Assembly (NCBI GenBank): GCA_052386995.1
Contig: JBQTJP010000235.1
Location: 1-17,547, forward strand
Origin: Armatimonadota bacterium
GTDB lineage: Bacteria > Sysuimicrobiota > Sysuimicrobiia > Sysuimicrobiales > Humicultoraceae
Length of the DNA: 17,547 bases
Direction of reading: 5' to 3'
Under the pieces are notes generated by a model. It did not search any database. It saw only the letters and a list, made by a program, of their open reading frames with translations, and was not told the origin of the DNA. Each line of letters begins with the position of its first letter. Positions within the stretch are counted from its first letter, which is position 1. A program made the translations under genes and the position numbers. Shown here in pieces: positions 1 to 8,672 of this stretch.

Positions 1-843
1 GGGAAGACGATGACCTGCCGCGCGATCCTCCGCCTCCTCCATCCGCCGGCGCGCATCACGGGGGGCGGTGTGCGCTTCCAGGGGCGCGATCTGGTGCCGC
101 TGCCGGAAGACGAACTGGAGCGCATCAGGGGCCGAGGCATCGCCATGGTCTTCCAGGACCCGATGACCGCGCTCAACCCGGTGCTCACGGTCGAACAGCA
201 GATCACCGAAACCCTGATGGGCGGTCTGTCGCCGGCCGAGCAGCGGACGCGCGCGCTCGAGCTGCTGCGCCAGGTAGGCATCCCGGATCCTGAGCATCGC
301 CTCGGCACCTACCCGCACCAGCTCTCGGGCGGCCAGCGTCAACGGGTGATGCGGGCTATCGGCCTTGCCCGGGTGCCGGCGCTCCTGCTCGCGGACGAAC
401 CGACCACGGCCCTGGATGTCACGATCCAGGCACAGATTCTCCGGCTCATCGTCGCGCTGCAGAAGGACCTGGGCATGGCGTTGATCCTCGTCACGCACGA
501 CCTGGGCATCGTCTATCAGCTGGTCGATCGGGTGGCCGTCATGTACGCGGGGCAGATCGTCGAACTGGCAGCGACGACCGAGCTCTTCGCGCGGCCGCGT
601 CATCCCTACACCATCGGGCTGATTGGGTCGGTGCCCGGCCTCGACCGAACCCGGCCGCTGACGCCCATCGCCGGAACTCCGCCGGACCTCATTACAATCG
701 ATCAGGGCTGCCCCTTTGCGCCACGCTGCGCGTGGGCATCGGACGAGTGCCGTGCCGGTGAGATTCCGTTCGTGCAGGTGGGAAGTGCCCACTGGAGCCG
801 CTGCATCAAGACGGACCAGCTGGATGGGGCGGTCGGTGGGTGA
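1..843 (+). CDS. Dipeptide/oligopeptide ABC transporter ATP-binding protein (DppD/OppD family), 5'-truncated by the window edge
   Basis: The frame is open from base 1 (GGG AAG ACG = GKT, the end of Walker A), so the ATG at 10 is internal. Q-loop VFQDP, signature LSGGQRQR, Walker B LLLADEPT, H-loop VTHD, and a C-terminal Cys-rich oligopeptide-ABC domain (GCPFAPRC...C...C). Confidence 0.95.
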   Translation, partial: GKTMTCRAILRLLHPPARITGGGVRFQGRDLVPLPEDELERIRGRGIAMVFQDPMTALNPVLTVEQQITETLMGGLSPAEQRTRALELLRQVGIPDPEHRLGTYPHQLSGGQRQRVMRAIGLARVPALLLADEPTTALDVTIQAQILRLIVALQKDLGMALILVTHDLGIVYQLVDRVAVMYAGQIVELAATTELFARPRHPYTIGLIGSVPGLDRTRPLTPIAGTPPDLITIDQGCPFAPRCAWASDECRAGEIPFVQVGSAHWSRCIKTDQLDGAVGG

Positions 844-1852
844 GCCGCTCCTGGAAGTCCGAGATCTAGTGAAGCACTTCCCGCTGCCATACGGCCTGCT
901 GGATGCGGTGCTGCGGCGCCGCCCGGAGAGTGTAAGGGCGGTGGATGGCGTCTCTTTCGACCTGGCGAAGGGCAAGACGCTCGGGCTCGTGGGTGAGTCG
1001 GGGTGCGGGAAGAGCACGCTGGGACGGTGCATCCTCCGCCTCTACGACGCCGATCACGGCGAGGTGCGCCTCGACGGCGTCGACTTGATGCGGCTCGACG
1101 AGCAGGAGCTCATCTCATACCGCAAGCGGATGCAGGTCGTCTTCCAGGATCCGTACTCGTCACTCAACCCCCGCCAGAATGTGGGCAGCATGCTCCTGGA
1201 AGTGCTCGACGTCCACGGCCTCGGCAGACAGCCGGATCGGCGGCGACGGGTCGCGCAACTCCTCACGCAGGTGGGCCTGCACCCCAGCGACGCTCACAAA
1301 TATCCGGGCGAATTCTCCGGTGGACAGCGCCAGCGCATCGGCATCGCCCGGGCACTGGCCGTCGAGCCTGAGCTGCTGATCGCCGACGAGCCCCTCTCGG
1401 CGCTGGACGTTTCGATCCAGGCCCAAATTCTACAGTTGTTGCTCGACCTCCGCGCGTCACTGGGGTTGACGATGATCTTCATCTCCCACGACCTGCGCGT
1501 GGTGCGCTACTTGAGCGATGACGTCGCGGTGATGTACCTGGGAAAGATTGTGGAGCGGGCGCCCACCGCCGAGCTCTTCGCGAGGCCCCAGCATCCCTAT
1601 ACGCTGGCCCTCTTGTCGGCCGTCCCCGAAGTCGGCAGCGCTCGGCGCGAGATAATCGAGATCGAAGGCGAGCCGCCCAGCGCCGTGCGCATCCCCGCGG
1701 GCTGCCGCTTCCATCCACGTTGTCCCTGGAAAGTTGAACGCTGCCTGCATGAATCTCCGGAGCTCAAGGAGTTGCTGCCGGGCCACGCGGTTGCCTGCCA
1801 CGTGGCCGAGGCTATGCTGTCCCTGCGCCCAGCAGCGGATCGGTCGGGTTGA
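836..1852 (+). CDS. Dipeptide/oligopeptide ABC transporter ATP-binding protein (DppF/OppF family)
   Basis: Walker A GESGCGKST, VFQDPYSSLNPR, FSGGQRQR, LLIADEP, ISHD, GCRFHPRC...C...CH. The GTG at 836 overlaps the upstream TGA (841-843), consistent with translational coupling. The ATG at 824 is an alternative start. Confidence 0.95.
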   Translation: MGEPLLEVRDLVKHFPLPYGLLDAVLRRRPESVRAVDGVSFDLAKGKTLGLVGESGCGKSTLGRCILRLYDADHGEVRLDGVDLMRLDEQELISYRKRMQVVFQDPYSSLNPRQNVGSMLLEVLDVHGLGRQPDRRRRVAQLLTQVGLHPSDAHKYPGEFSGGQRQRIGIARALAVEPELLIADEPLSALDVSIQAQILQLLLDLRASLGLTMIFISHDLRVVRYLSDDVAVMYLGKIVERAPTAELFARPQHPYTLALLSAVPEVGSARREIIEIEGEPPSAVRIPAGCRFHPRCPWKVERCLHESPELKELLPGHAVACHVAEAMLSLRPAADRSG

Positions 1853-2768
1853 TCGCCAGTGACGTCACGACGAACAGGATGACGCCGGCGGCGGGCGCCC
1901 GATGCTCGACGAGCAGATCCCCCCAGTAATCCCTTATCACGCCCACGACCTGCCCTTTGGACACGCGCTCGCCGGCGCGCACAACCGGGTACCAGCAGCC
2001 GGTGTGCTCCGAGCGCAGCCAGACGAACTGCGAGAGGTGCGTGCGAGGCGGCACGGGCTCGGGCTCCCCGGGGAGCACGCCGAGCAGCCGCAGGACATTG
2101 CGCAGTCCGTGGAGATGTACGGCGACACTGTCCGCGTCGAGTTGTGCGACTCCTCCCGCCTCGGTCAAAATCGCCGGCACACCCCGGCTGCTTGCAGCGC
2201 CGTACGTGCCCCCGGCGATCGACTGGGAGCGAATGATGTGTGGGATGCCGTAGGCCTCGGCCATCGCGCGCGACTTCGCCACAACGTCCGGGGCAGCACC
2301 GTCCGAGTAGATCGTGAAGGGTTCGAGCTCCTCGTGAATGTCGCCGCCGTGGAGATCGACCCAGGCGTCCGCGCCGGCAACAAGTGTCTCCATGAGGATA
2401 TGCGCCATGCGCTCGGAGACCGTGCCGGTGGCCTTTCCCGGGAAGACGCGGTTGGGGTTCTTGCCGTCCTCGGGCACCAGGTACTGGAGCCGGGCATGGA
2501 AGGCGGAGAGACCATAGACGTGCACGACCGCGATGCGGCCGCGCATCGTCGTCGGGTCGAGTTCGCGCGCGAGCCGGATCGCGGCCTCAATGCCCGGATA
2601 TTCGCCACCGTGGACGCCGCCGGTCACCAGCACGAGCGGACCGGGGTGGGCGCCGTGTGCCAGGGTCAGCGGCAGTTGCAGGCCGGTGCCGGGCACCGGC
2701 AGGACGCCGCGGGCTTTCTCGCCCGGCGCCGCAGCCGCCGTGCCCACGGACCACGGTGCGCCGCTCAC
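1812..2768 (-). CDS. Succinylglutamate desuccinylase/aspartoacylase (M14-like Zn) family deacylase/carboxypeptidase
   Basis: GVHGGEY (HxxE), NPNRVFPG, VDLHGG and ILTEAG motifs, plus a C-terminal biotinyl/lipoyl-like hairpin segment (VRAGERVSKGQVVG...APAAG). The GTG at 2768 overlaps the permease TGA (GTGA). The longer 594-aa ORF is an upstream out-of-frame extension over the permease gene. Confidence 0.88.
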   Translation of the reverse strand: MSGAPWSVGTAAAAPGEKARGVLPVPGTGLQLPLTLAHGAHPGPLVLVTGGVHGGEYPGIEAAIRLARELDPTTMRGRIAVVHVYGLSAFHARLQYLVPEDGKNPNRVFPGKATGTVSERMAHILMETLVAGADAWVDLHGGDIHEELEPFTIYSDGAAPDVVAKSRAMAEAYGIPHIIRSQSIAGGTYGAASSRGVPAILTEAGGVAQLDADSVAVHLHGLRNVLRLLGVLPGEPEPVPPRTHLSQFVWLRSEHTGCWYPVVRAGERVSKGQVVGVIRDYWGDLLVEHRAPAAGVILFVVTSLAINPTDPLLGAGTA

Positions 2769-3673
2769 ATCTTCAATCTCGGATCGAGCGCATCGCGTAG
2801 GCCGTCGCCCAGCATGTTGATCGCCAGCACCGTGATCATGATCGCCAGCCCCGGGAAGGTCGTGATCCACCAGGCCTTGCGCAGGTAGTTCCGGCCGTCG
2901 CTCAGCATCGTGCCCCACTCGGGCGTCGGCGGCTGCACCCCGAGCCCGAGGAACGAGAGCGCGGCGCCGGTCAGGATGGCCCCGGCCATGCCCAGCGTGG
3001 CCAGGATAATGATGGGCGCGACCACGTTGGGCAGGATGTGCCGCCAGATGATCAAGCCATCGGCGGCGCCGACCGCCACCGCCGCCTCCACGTAGACGTT
3101 CTCCTTCGCCGACAGCACCGAGCCGCGGACGAGCCGGGCGTACCCGGGCGTCGCCGAGATACCGACGGCGATCATGAGGTTGAAGATGCTCGGGCCCAGG
3201 ATGGCGATGATCGCGAGCGCCAGCAGCACATTCGGAAACGCGAGCATCAGGTCGATCACCCGCATCACGACGAGATCGAGCCACCGGCCGTAGAACCCTG
3301 CGAGAAGACCGAGCGTCGTCCCGACCATCGCCGCGATGCCGACGGAGACCAGACCGACACGCAGGGAAATGCGGGCGCCATGGATCAGGCGTGAGAGAAT
3401 GTCGCGGCCGAGTAGATCGGTCCCGAGTGGATACTTCCCGCCCGGGGCCTGCAGCGCGGCATCGGGGGTGATGCGGATGGGGTCGTAGGGCGCCAGGCGG
3501 TCGGCCAACGCGGCCACGGCGACGAGGACGATGACGAGATACAAGCCAGCCATCGCCCCACGGTTGCGCCGCAGACGGCGGAAGGCTGACCGCCACGGGC
3601 TCTCCGAGCGCCGGACAAAAGGCGCCAGGTCCGTCGCGGTGGGGTACTCGGTCACCGTGGCCCGGTCAGTCAT
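2765..3673 (-). CDS. Dipeptide/oligopeptide ABC transporter permease (DppC/OppC family)
   Basis: PLGTDLLGRDILSRLIHGARISL, EAA motif (YVEAAVAVGA), HILPN, LSFLGLGVQPPTPEWG, C-terminal GDGLRDALDP. Confidence 0.96.
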   Translation of the reverse strand: MTDRATVTEYPTATDLAPFVRRSESPWRSAFRRLRRNRGAMAGLYLVIVLVAVAALADRLAPYDPIRITPDAALQAPGGKYPLGTDLLGRDILSRLIHGARISLRVGLVSVGIAAMVGTTLGLLAGFYGRWLDLVVMRVIDLMLAFPNVLLALAIIAILGPSIFNLMIAVGISATPGYARLVRGSVLSAKENVYVEAAVAVGAADGLIIWRHILPNVVAPIIILATLGMAGAILTGAALSFLGLGVQPPTPEWGTMLSDGRNYLRKAWWITTFPGLAIMITVLAINMLGDGLRDALDPRLKM

Positions 3674-4589
3674 AGCGGATCCGCGGGTCCAGGATCGCGT
3701 AGGAGAAGTCGACCGCGATATTCACCAGCGTGTAGAACACAGCCGACATCAGCACCGTCCCCTGCGTCACCTGAAAGTCCTTGCTCAGGATCGACGTGAC
3801 CGCAAGGCGTCCAATCCCCGGCCGCGAGAATACGGTCTCGATGACGACCGCCCCGCCAAGCAGCGCCCCGAACTGTAGGCCGAGAACGGTGACGACGGGG
3901 ATCAGAGCGTTCTTCAGCGCATGCCGGTAAATGACGAGCCGATTTGCCAGGCCCTTGGCGCGCGCCGTACGCACGTAGTCCTGCCGCAGAACCTCCAGCA
4001 TGCTCGACCGCACCAGCCGCGCGATCACCGCGGACGCCACGTACCCCAGCGTGAAGGCCGGCATGAGGAGCCGCTCTAGGCCGCCCTGCCCGGTCGCCGG
4101 CAACCACCCCAGCTTTAAGGAGAAAAGGAAGATGAGCAGCAGTCCCATCCAGAACGAGGGCATCGACACACCCCAGAGCGCCACTACCATGCTCGCGTTG
4201 TCCACCCAGGAGTTCTGACGGACCGCCGCGGTGACGCCCAGGATGAAGCCCAGCACGATGGCGATGCCGAGCCCGGCCAACGTCAGCTCGATGGTCGACG
4301 GCAGCACCTGCCAGATCATCCGGGCCACCGGTTGATTCTCGAGAATGGAGCGGCCCAGATCGCCGCGCAGCGCGCCCCGCAGGAATCGCCAGTACTGCAC
4401 GGGGATCGGGTCATCCAGCCCAAGCTGCCGCCGCATGTTGTCCACGGCTTCCTTCTGGACGGCCAGCTCGCCAAGCATCATCTTCGCGGGGTCGCCCGGC
4501 ACCAGATGCATCATCAGGAAGACGGCGACCGAGATGCCGAGCAGCACGGGAACCGCGGCCAGCAGTCGCTTCGTCAGGTACTGCAGCAC
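3666..4589 (-). CDS. Dipeptide/oligopeptide ABC transporter permease (DppB/OppB family)
   Basis: VPGDPA, LGLDDP..QY..GDLGRS, DYVRTARAKG, HALKNALIP, ETVFSRPGIG, LDPRI. GTG start with GGAGG at 4595-4599. Confidence 0.96.
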   Translation of the reverse strand: MLQYLTKRLLAAVPVLLGISVAVFLMMHLVPGDPAKMMLGELAVQKEAVDNMRRQLGLDDPIPVQYWRFLRGALRGDLGRSILENQPVARMIWQVLPSTIELTLAGLGIAIVLGFILGVTAAVRQNSWVDNASMVVALWGVSMPSFWMGLLLIFLFSLKLGWLPATGQGGLERLLMPAFTLGYVASAVIARLVRSSMLEVLRQDYVRTARAKGLANRLVIYRHALKNALIPVVTVLGLQFGALLGGAVVIETVFSRPGIGRLAVTSILSKDFQVTQGTVLMSAVFYTLVNIAVDFSYAILDPRIRYD

Positions 4590-4623
4590 ACGTGCCTCCG
4601 AGGGACGGCCATTTTTACCAGGA

Positions 4624-4651
4624 CGGCCGTAGGGGATGTCCCCTACGGCCG
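4624..4651. other. Perfect GC-rich inverted repeat (RNA stem-loop) between the SBP and permease genes
   Basis: CGGCCGTAGGGGA-TG-TCCCCTACGGCCG with 13-nt perfect arms. No U-tract follows on the minus strand. Confidence 0.75.
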
Positions 4652-4680
4652 CTTACAGGCGCGAACGAGCGAGTGTCGGC

Positions 4681-6285
4681 CTACCTCTTCACATACACGT
4701 TGTAGTACACCGGGTACGCGTTGACCTGGAACGCCAGCCCTTTGTACTGAGCCTTCATGGCGTACAGGTTGATCTGCTCGTGGATCGGCAGCGTGACCGC
4801 ATCCCGCATCAGGATTTCCTGTGCCCGGGTGTAGAGCGCCCGCCTGATCTTGGGATTGGTCGTCTGAATACCCTCTTCCACCACCTTGTCGAGTTCGGGG
4901 TTCTTGTAGTGCGACCACGAGAACGCGCTCCCGCTGGAGTGATAGAGCGCGCGCATCATGTCGGGATCGGCGGCCCACAGCCCCATCGGCGCCAGGTTGT
5001 GCTCGCCGTTGCCAAGCGCCGCGAACCAGGGGCTGCGGGACTGCGCATTGATGAAGGCATCGAAGCCGACTTCCTTCATGTTGGCCTGGATGAACTCTGC
5101 GAGCGGCCGGAACGCCGGGATATCGGTCAGGATGTAGATGCCGGCGCGCAACTTCTGTCCGCCCTTCTCGCGGATACCGTCAGCCCCGAGCCGCCAGGCG
5201 GCCTCCTCGAGCAGCACACGCGCCCGGCTCGGATCATACGGATAGATCTGCCGAAACTGACCCTTGATCGCCATCGGCGTCGCCGCGCTCATGATGCCGT
5301 TACCGACGGGATAGGCGTTGAAGTAGAGGGTCCGGTTGATTGCCTCGGAGTTCACCGCGTGCAGGATCGCGCGGCGCACGGCCACTTCGTTTGTCGGGGC
5401 CCTCTGCGTGTTCAGCATGGCCTGCCGCGGCGACCCCGGGAAGTTCTCCGCGTACACCGTGTACCGGTTCGGATTTCGCTTGAAGTCGGCCACCGACTGT
5501 GCCGGGACGTCCTCGATCGCATCGACCTCGCCGGTTTCCATGACCGCGGAGCGCACCTGATCCTCGGGGATGAACTTGATGGTGATCTCGTCGAGGTAGA
5601 CCGGTCCCTTGTGGACGAGCGGGCCCCACTTCCAGTCGGGGTTGCGGACAAGCACGATGTGGTCCTTCGCGCGCCACTCCTTCATCATGAACGCGCCGGT
5701 GCCGACCGGCTGCCGGCCGAAGTCGCGGCCGAGCCGCCGCACCGCCTCGGGCGAGACCGGCGACAGCGACCCGGGGCCCAGGTTGAGCAGGAACGGCGCG
5801 AAGGCTTCCTTGAGGGTGATGCGGATTGTGTAATCGTCGATGACTTCGGACTTCTCGTAAGGGCCGATCGCGATGCGCCCGGACTGCGAGGCCGTGGCCG
5901 GATCCACCACGCGGTCGAGCGAGAACTTCACCGCCTGGGCGTTGAACGGCGTCCCATCGTGGAACTTCACGCCCTTGCGCAGCCAGAGCGTGTAGACCCT
6001 GCCGTTGGGACTGATGCGCCACCGCTCGGCCAGCATCGGGTGGACGTTGCCCGCCTGGTCCCAGTAGACCAGGCCGTCGATCACGTTGATCAGAATGCGA
6101 AACGCGTTGGCCTGACCCGAGACATGGGGGTCGAGCGTCACGGGCTCATACTGGAACCCCACGACAAGCTTACCGCCCGGCTTCGCGTCCGGCGGTGGTG
6201 CCGGGGCGGCGCCCGACGCGTCGAATCCCGTGAGCATGATGACAAGCAGTAAAGCGGGAAACCAGACGATCGCACGTCTGTGCAT
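4681..6285 (-). CDS. ABC transporter substrate-binding protein, family 5 (peptide/nickel-type)
   Basis: ATG at 6285 with GGAGG upstream. Signal-peptide-like N-terminus (MHRRAIVWFPALLLVIML...). Motifs EPVTLDPH, PMLAERW, LRKGVKFHDGTPFNAQAVKFS, PVGTGAF, YPYDPSRARVLL. Confidence 0.95.
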   Translation of the reverse strand: MHRRAIVWFPALLLVIMLTGFDASGAAPAPPPDAKPGGKLVVGFQYEPVTLDPHVSGQANAFRILINVIDGLVYWDQAGNVHPMLAERWRISPNGRVYTLWLRKGVKFHDGTPFNAQAVKFSLDRVVDPATASQSGRIAIGPYEKSEVIDDYTIRITLKEAFAPFLLNLGPGSLSPVSPEAVRRLGRDFGRQPVGTGAFMMKEWRAKDHIVLVRNPDWKWGPLVHKGPVYLDEITIKFIPEDQVRSAVMETGEVDAIEDVPAQSVADFKRNPNRYTVYAENFPGSPRQAMLNTQRAPTNEVAVRRAILHAVNSEAINRTLYFNAYPVGNGIMSAATPMAIKGQFRQIYPYDPSRARVLLEEAAWRLGADGIREKGGQKLRAGIYILTDIPAFRPLAEFIQANMKEVGFDAFINAQSRSPWFAALGNGEHNLAPMGLWAADPDMMRALYHSSGSAFSWSHYKNPELDKVVEEGIQTTNPKIRRALYTRAQEILMRDAVTLPIHEQINLYAMKAQYKGLAFQVNAYPVYYNVYVKR

Positions 6286-6364
6286 ACTCAACCCTCCGTC
6301 GTTGATAAGGTGCAGCACCCCTGTGGTGAAGGTGCGTTCTGCGGGCTGGGTGCTTCTCCTGCAC

Positions 6365-7666
6365 TCAGCCAATGGCGAGCGCTTCCACCCTCGCCGGCGG
6401 CCGGTCACCCGCGGGCCGGCGGTCCGCGACGATTCGCCCGTCCTTGATCACCAGCGGGATGCGCGCGAGATCCTGCAGGATGCGTATGTCCTCGAGCGGG
6501 TCGCCGTCCACGACGACCAGGTCCGCAAACTTCCCTGACGCGATCGAGCCGACGTCCGTGAAGTCGATCGCCTCCGCAGCGCCGCCCGTGGCGGCGACGA
6601 CGGCCTCCATCGGCGTCAGGCCTGCCTCGACCAGCATCTCCAGTTCGTAGGCGTTGGTGCCATGGTAGACAAACGGCATCGCCGCGTCCGTCCCGCAAAT
6701 GATCTTCACCCCGCGCTCCCGCGCCCGGCCGGCGGTCTTCCACGCGTTCGCGATCGCCTTCTCACGCCACGCCGGCAAATAGGGATCGCCGGGCGGCAAC
6801 GCCGCGTCGCCGTGCTCGCGGAAGCGGCCGACGACGGACAGCGTCGGGCACAACACCGTGCCGCGTTCAGCCATCCTGCCGAGTTGTTCATCAGAAAGGT
6901 AGAAACCGTGCTCGATCCCATCGATGCCTTCCTCGATGGCCCAGGTCGCGCCCGGGCCGCCGTAGCAGTGGGCGGTGACCCGCCGACCGTGCCAGTGGGC
7001 CTCCTCGAAGATTGCCGCCATCGTCTCGCGCGTCATCTCCGGCGCCATGTAGCCAAAGTATCGGCGCACGTGCTCCGTGAGGGTCGCGTTGATCTTAATG
7101 AAGTCTACGTTGTTGCGCAGGTTGAGACGGACCGCCTTGCGTCCCTCCGTCGGATCGTCGGCTACCGCCGACGGCCCCGGCAGGGTCAGGTGCGGCGCCA
7201 GGTATTTCTCGCGGTCCATGTGTCCCGCCGTGGACGTAATGCCGAGCCCGCAGCACCACAGGCGCGGCCCGACTATGTCGCCCCGGTTGATCGCGTCCCG
7301 TAGCGCGACGTCGGCATAGTAACGTGACGCCGCGTCACGTACCGTTGTCCAACCGGCCTCGAGGTCGCGCAGCGCGTTCTTGTAGCAGGCGAGCGTCGTG
7401 GTGGGGATGGATTTGCCGAGTTCGGTTACGCCGAAGAACCCGTCACGCGGATCGCCGCTTGCGACGAGATGGACGTGACAATCGATGAGGCCGGGCAAGA
7501 CTGTGGAGTGGGAGGCGTCGACGAGGTCGTAGCCCGCCGGGACCGAGGCCTCGTTTTCGCCGGCGACGACGTCGATGCGGTTCTTCTCGACCAGGATGAG
7601 CGCGTTGCGGCGGGGCGGTGCGCCGGTACCATCGATCAGTCGACCGGCACGAATGGCCAGCGGCAT
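6365..7666 (-). CDS. Metal-dependent amidohydrolase (binuclear TIM-barrel; Xaa-Pro dipeptidase/ochratoxinase-like subgroup)
   Basis: ATG at 7666 after AAGGAGG. N-terminal IRAGRLIDGTG, VLPGLIDCHVH (HxH), DFIKI (putative carboxy-Lys), TAHCYG, IEHG, GTDA, GKFADLVVVDGDPL. Confidence 0.92.
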   Translation of the reverse strand: MPLAIRAGRLIDGTGAPPRRNALILVEKNRIDVVAGENEASVPAGYDLVDASHSTVLPGLIDCHVHLVASGDPRDGFFGVTELGKSIPTTTLACYKNALRDLEAGWTTVRDAASRYYADVALRDAINRGDIVGPRLWCCGLGITSTAGHMDREKYLAPHLTLPGPSAVADDPTEGRKAVRLNLRNNVDFIKINATLTEHVRRYFGYMAPEMTRETMAAIFEEAHWHGRRVTAHCYGGPGATWAIEEGIDGIEHGFYLSDEQLGRMAERGTVLCPTLSVVGRFREHGDAALPPGDPYLPAWREKAIANAWKTAGRARERGVKIICGTDAAMPFVYHGTNAYELEMLVEAGLTPMEAVVAATGGAAEAIDFTDVGSIASGKFADLVVVDGDPLEDIRILQDLARIPLVIKDGRIVADRRPAGDRPPARVEALAIG

Positions 7667-7728
7667 AGCAACCTCCTTGGGCTGGGGAGTTACAGGTCGT
7701 GGAACTTCCCTGCGAGGTGGCGTGAGTC

Positions 7729-8595
7729 CTACGGACCGATCCGCACCAGCACCGTGATCGTGCGGCCGCTGTACGCGGGGCCTTCGATGTGGATCTCCAG
7801 GGTGTCGGGCTGCAGCAGTGAGATGACGCGGTCCGCTCCCACCGCGTACGACGACGTGGCGCCGGAGAAGAAGATGCGCGAGGGCTCCCCCCGTCCGAAG
7901 CGCCGCGGGTAGACCTGCTGCCCCACGCGGGCTCGGAGCGAACGCGGGGTTTCGATCAGCGCGCCGCGCACGGCGTCGATCGTGTAGGGAATGATCACCG
8001 CATCGGCCTGCAGCGGCGGCAAATACTGATTGGGGAGCTCTTCGACCTCCCAGCGCGATCCAAGCCACCGGTAGATGCGATCGATGTCCCCTTCCGATTC
8101 CAGGAGTCCCTCAGGGACGAACCGCACCTGGCCACTCAAGAGACTGTTGCGGTCGAGCATCGCCTGGACGACGCCGTCGTGCTGCAAGACCACGATAAAC
8201 CCGAGTTGCCCGCGCAGACCCTCGCGCGATCCGAACACCACAACCGGCGGCGCGCTTCCGCCGGGCCGGCCGACCTGAATGGGCAGCCACCCCTGCCCCG
8301 GCATCCGGCGGCGCAGCACCGGAGCGTACCGGCCTCCACGCGCGGAGCCGAAGACGAATGCGGTGTGGTGCGGTGCGTCGGACGCGGGGACTGTTGCCGC
8401 GACAAGCACTTCGTCGCGGCCGTCGCCGGTGAGATCAGCATACGCGACCTCATCGATGGTCGCGCCCCGGGGAAGCGCCTGCGCGATCTGGCTCGGGGTC
8501 GGCCGGCCGCCCGACCCGCCGCAGCCGCCAAAGGCTGCGGCGAAGGCGGCGCATAGAAGCCACACGACAGGGCGACCAGGCACAGGTCTCTCCAC
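7729..8595 (-). CDS. Hypothetical lipoprotein with one DxxGDGxxE (FG-GAP/VCBS-like) motif
   Basis: The ORF fills the gap between leuB and the amidohydrolase. Hydrophobic N-terminus ending in lipobox-like FGG-C, then a Gly/Ser linker, and ADLTGDGRDEV. No clear RBS, so the start is uncertain. Confidence 0.7.
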   Translation of the reverse strand: MERPVPGRPVVWLLCAAFAAAFGGCGGSGGRPTPSQIAQALPRGATIDEVAYADLTGDGRDEVLVAATVPASDAPHHTAFVFGSARGGRYAPVLRRRMPGQGWLPIQVGRPGGSAPPVVVFGSREGLRGQLGFIVVLQHDGVVQAMLDRNSLLSGQVRFVPEGLLESEGDIDRIYRWLGSRWEVEELPNQYLPPLQADAVIIPYTIDAVRGALIETPRSLRARVGQQVYPRRFGRGEPSRIFFSGATSSYAVGADRVISLLQPDTLEIHIEGPAYSGRTITVLVRIGP

Positions 8596-8672
8596 ACCAC
8601 TTGCGTCAGAGTATCCGTGGGGGCTGTACCCGCGGCCCGCGGCGCGTAGACCTGGGAGCGCCTCCGACCGCG

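Noticed and set aside
352..354. Arg in RVMRAIGL, where DppD proteins usually have a hydrophobic residue (RVMIA)
   Set aside because: A single substitution with all visible catalytic motifs intact is not enough to call a pseudogene.
2769..3596. Apparent long N-terminal extension of the M14 ORF (594 aa)
   Set aside because: Arg/Pro-rich alternative-frame read over the permease gene. The coupled GTG at 2768 is the better start.
4636..6252. 538-aa plus-strand ORF
   Set aside because: Antisense shadow of the SBP gene, expected from high-GC codon bias. No recognisable motifs.
7667..8068. N-terminal extension of the amidohydrolase ORF
   Set aside because: It overlaps the lipoprotein gene in another frame. 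AAGGAGG-ATG at 7666 matches the family N-terminus.
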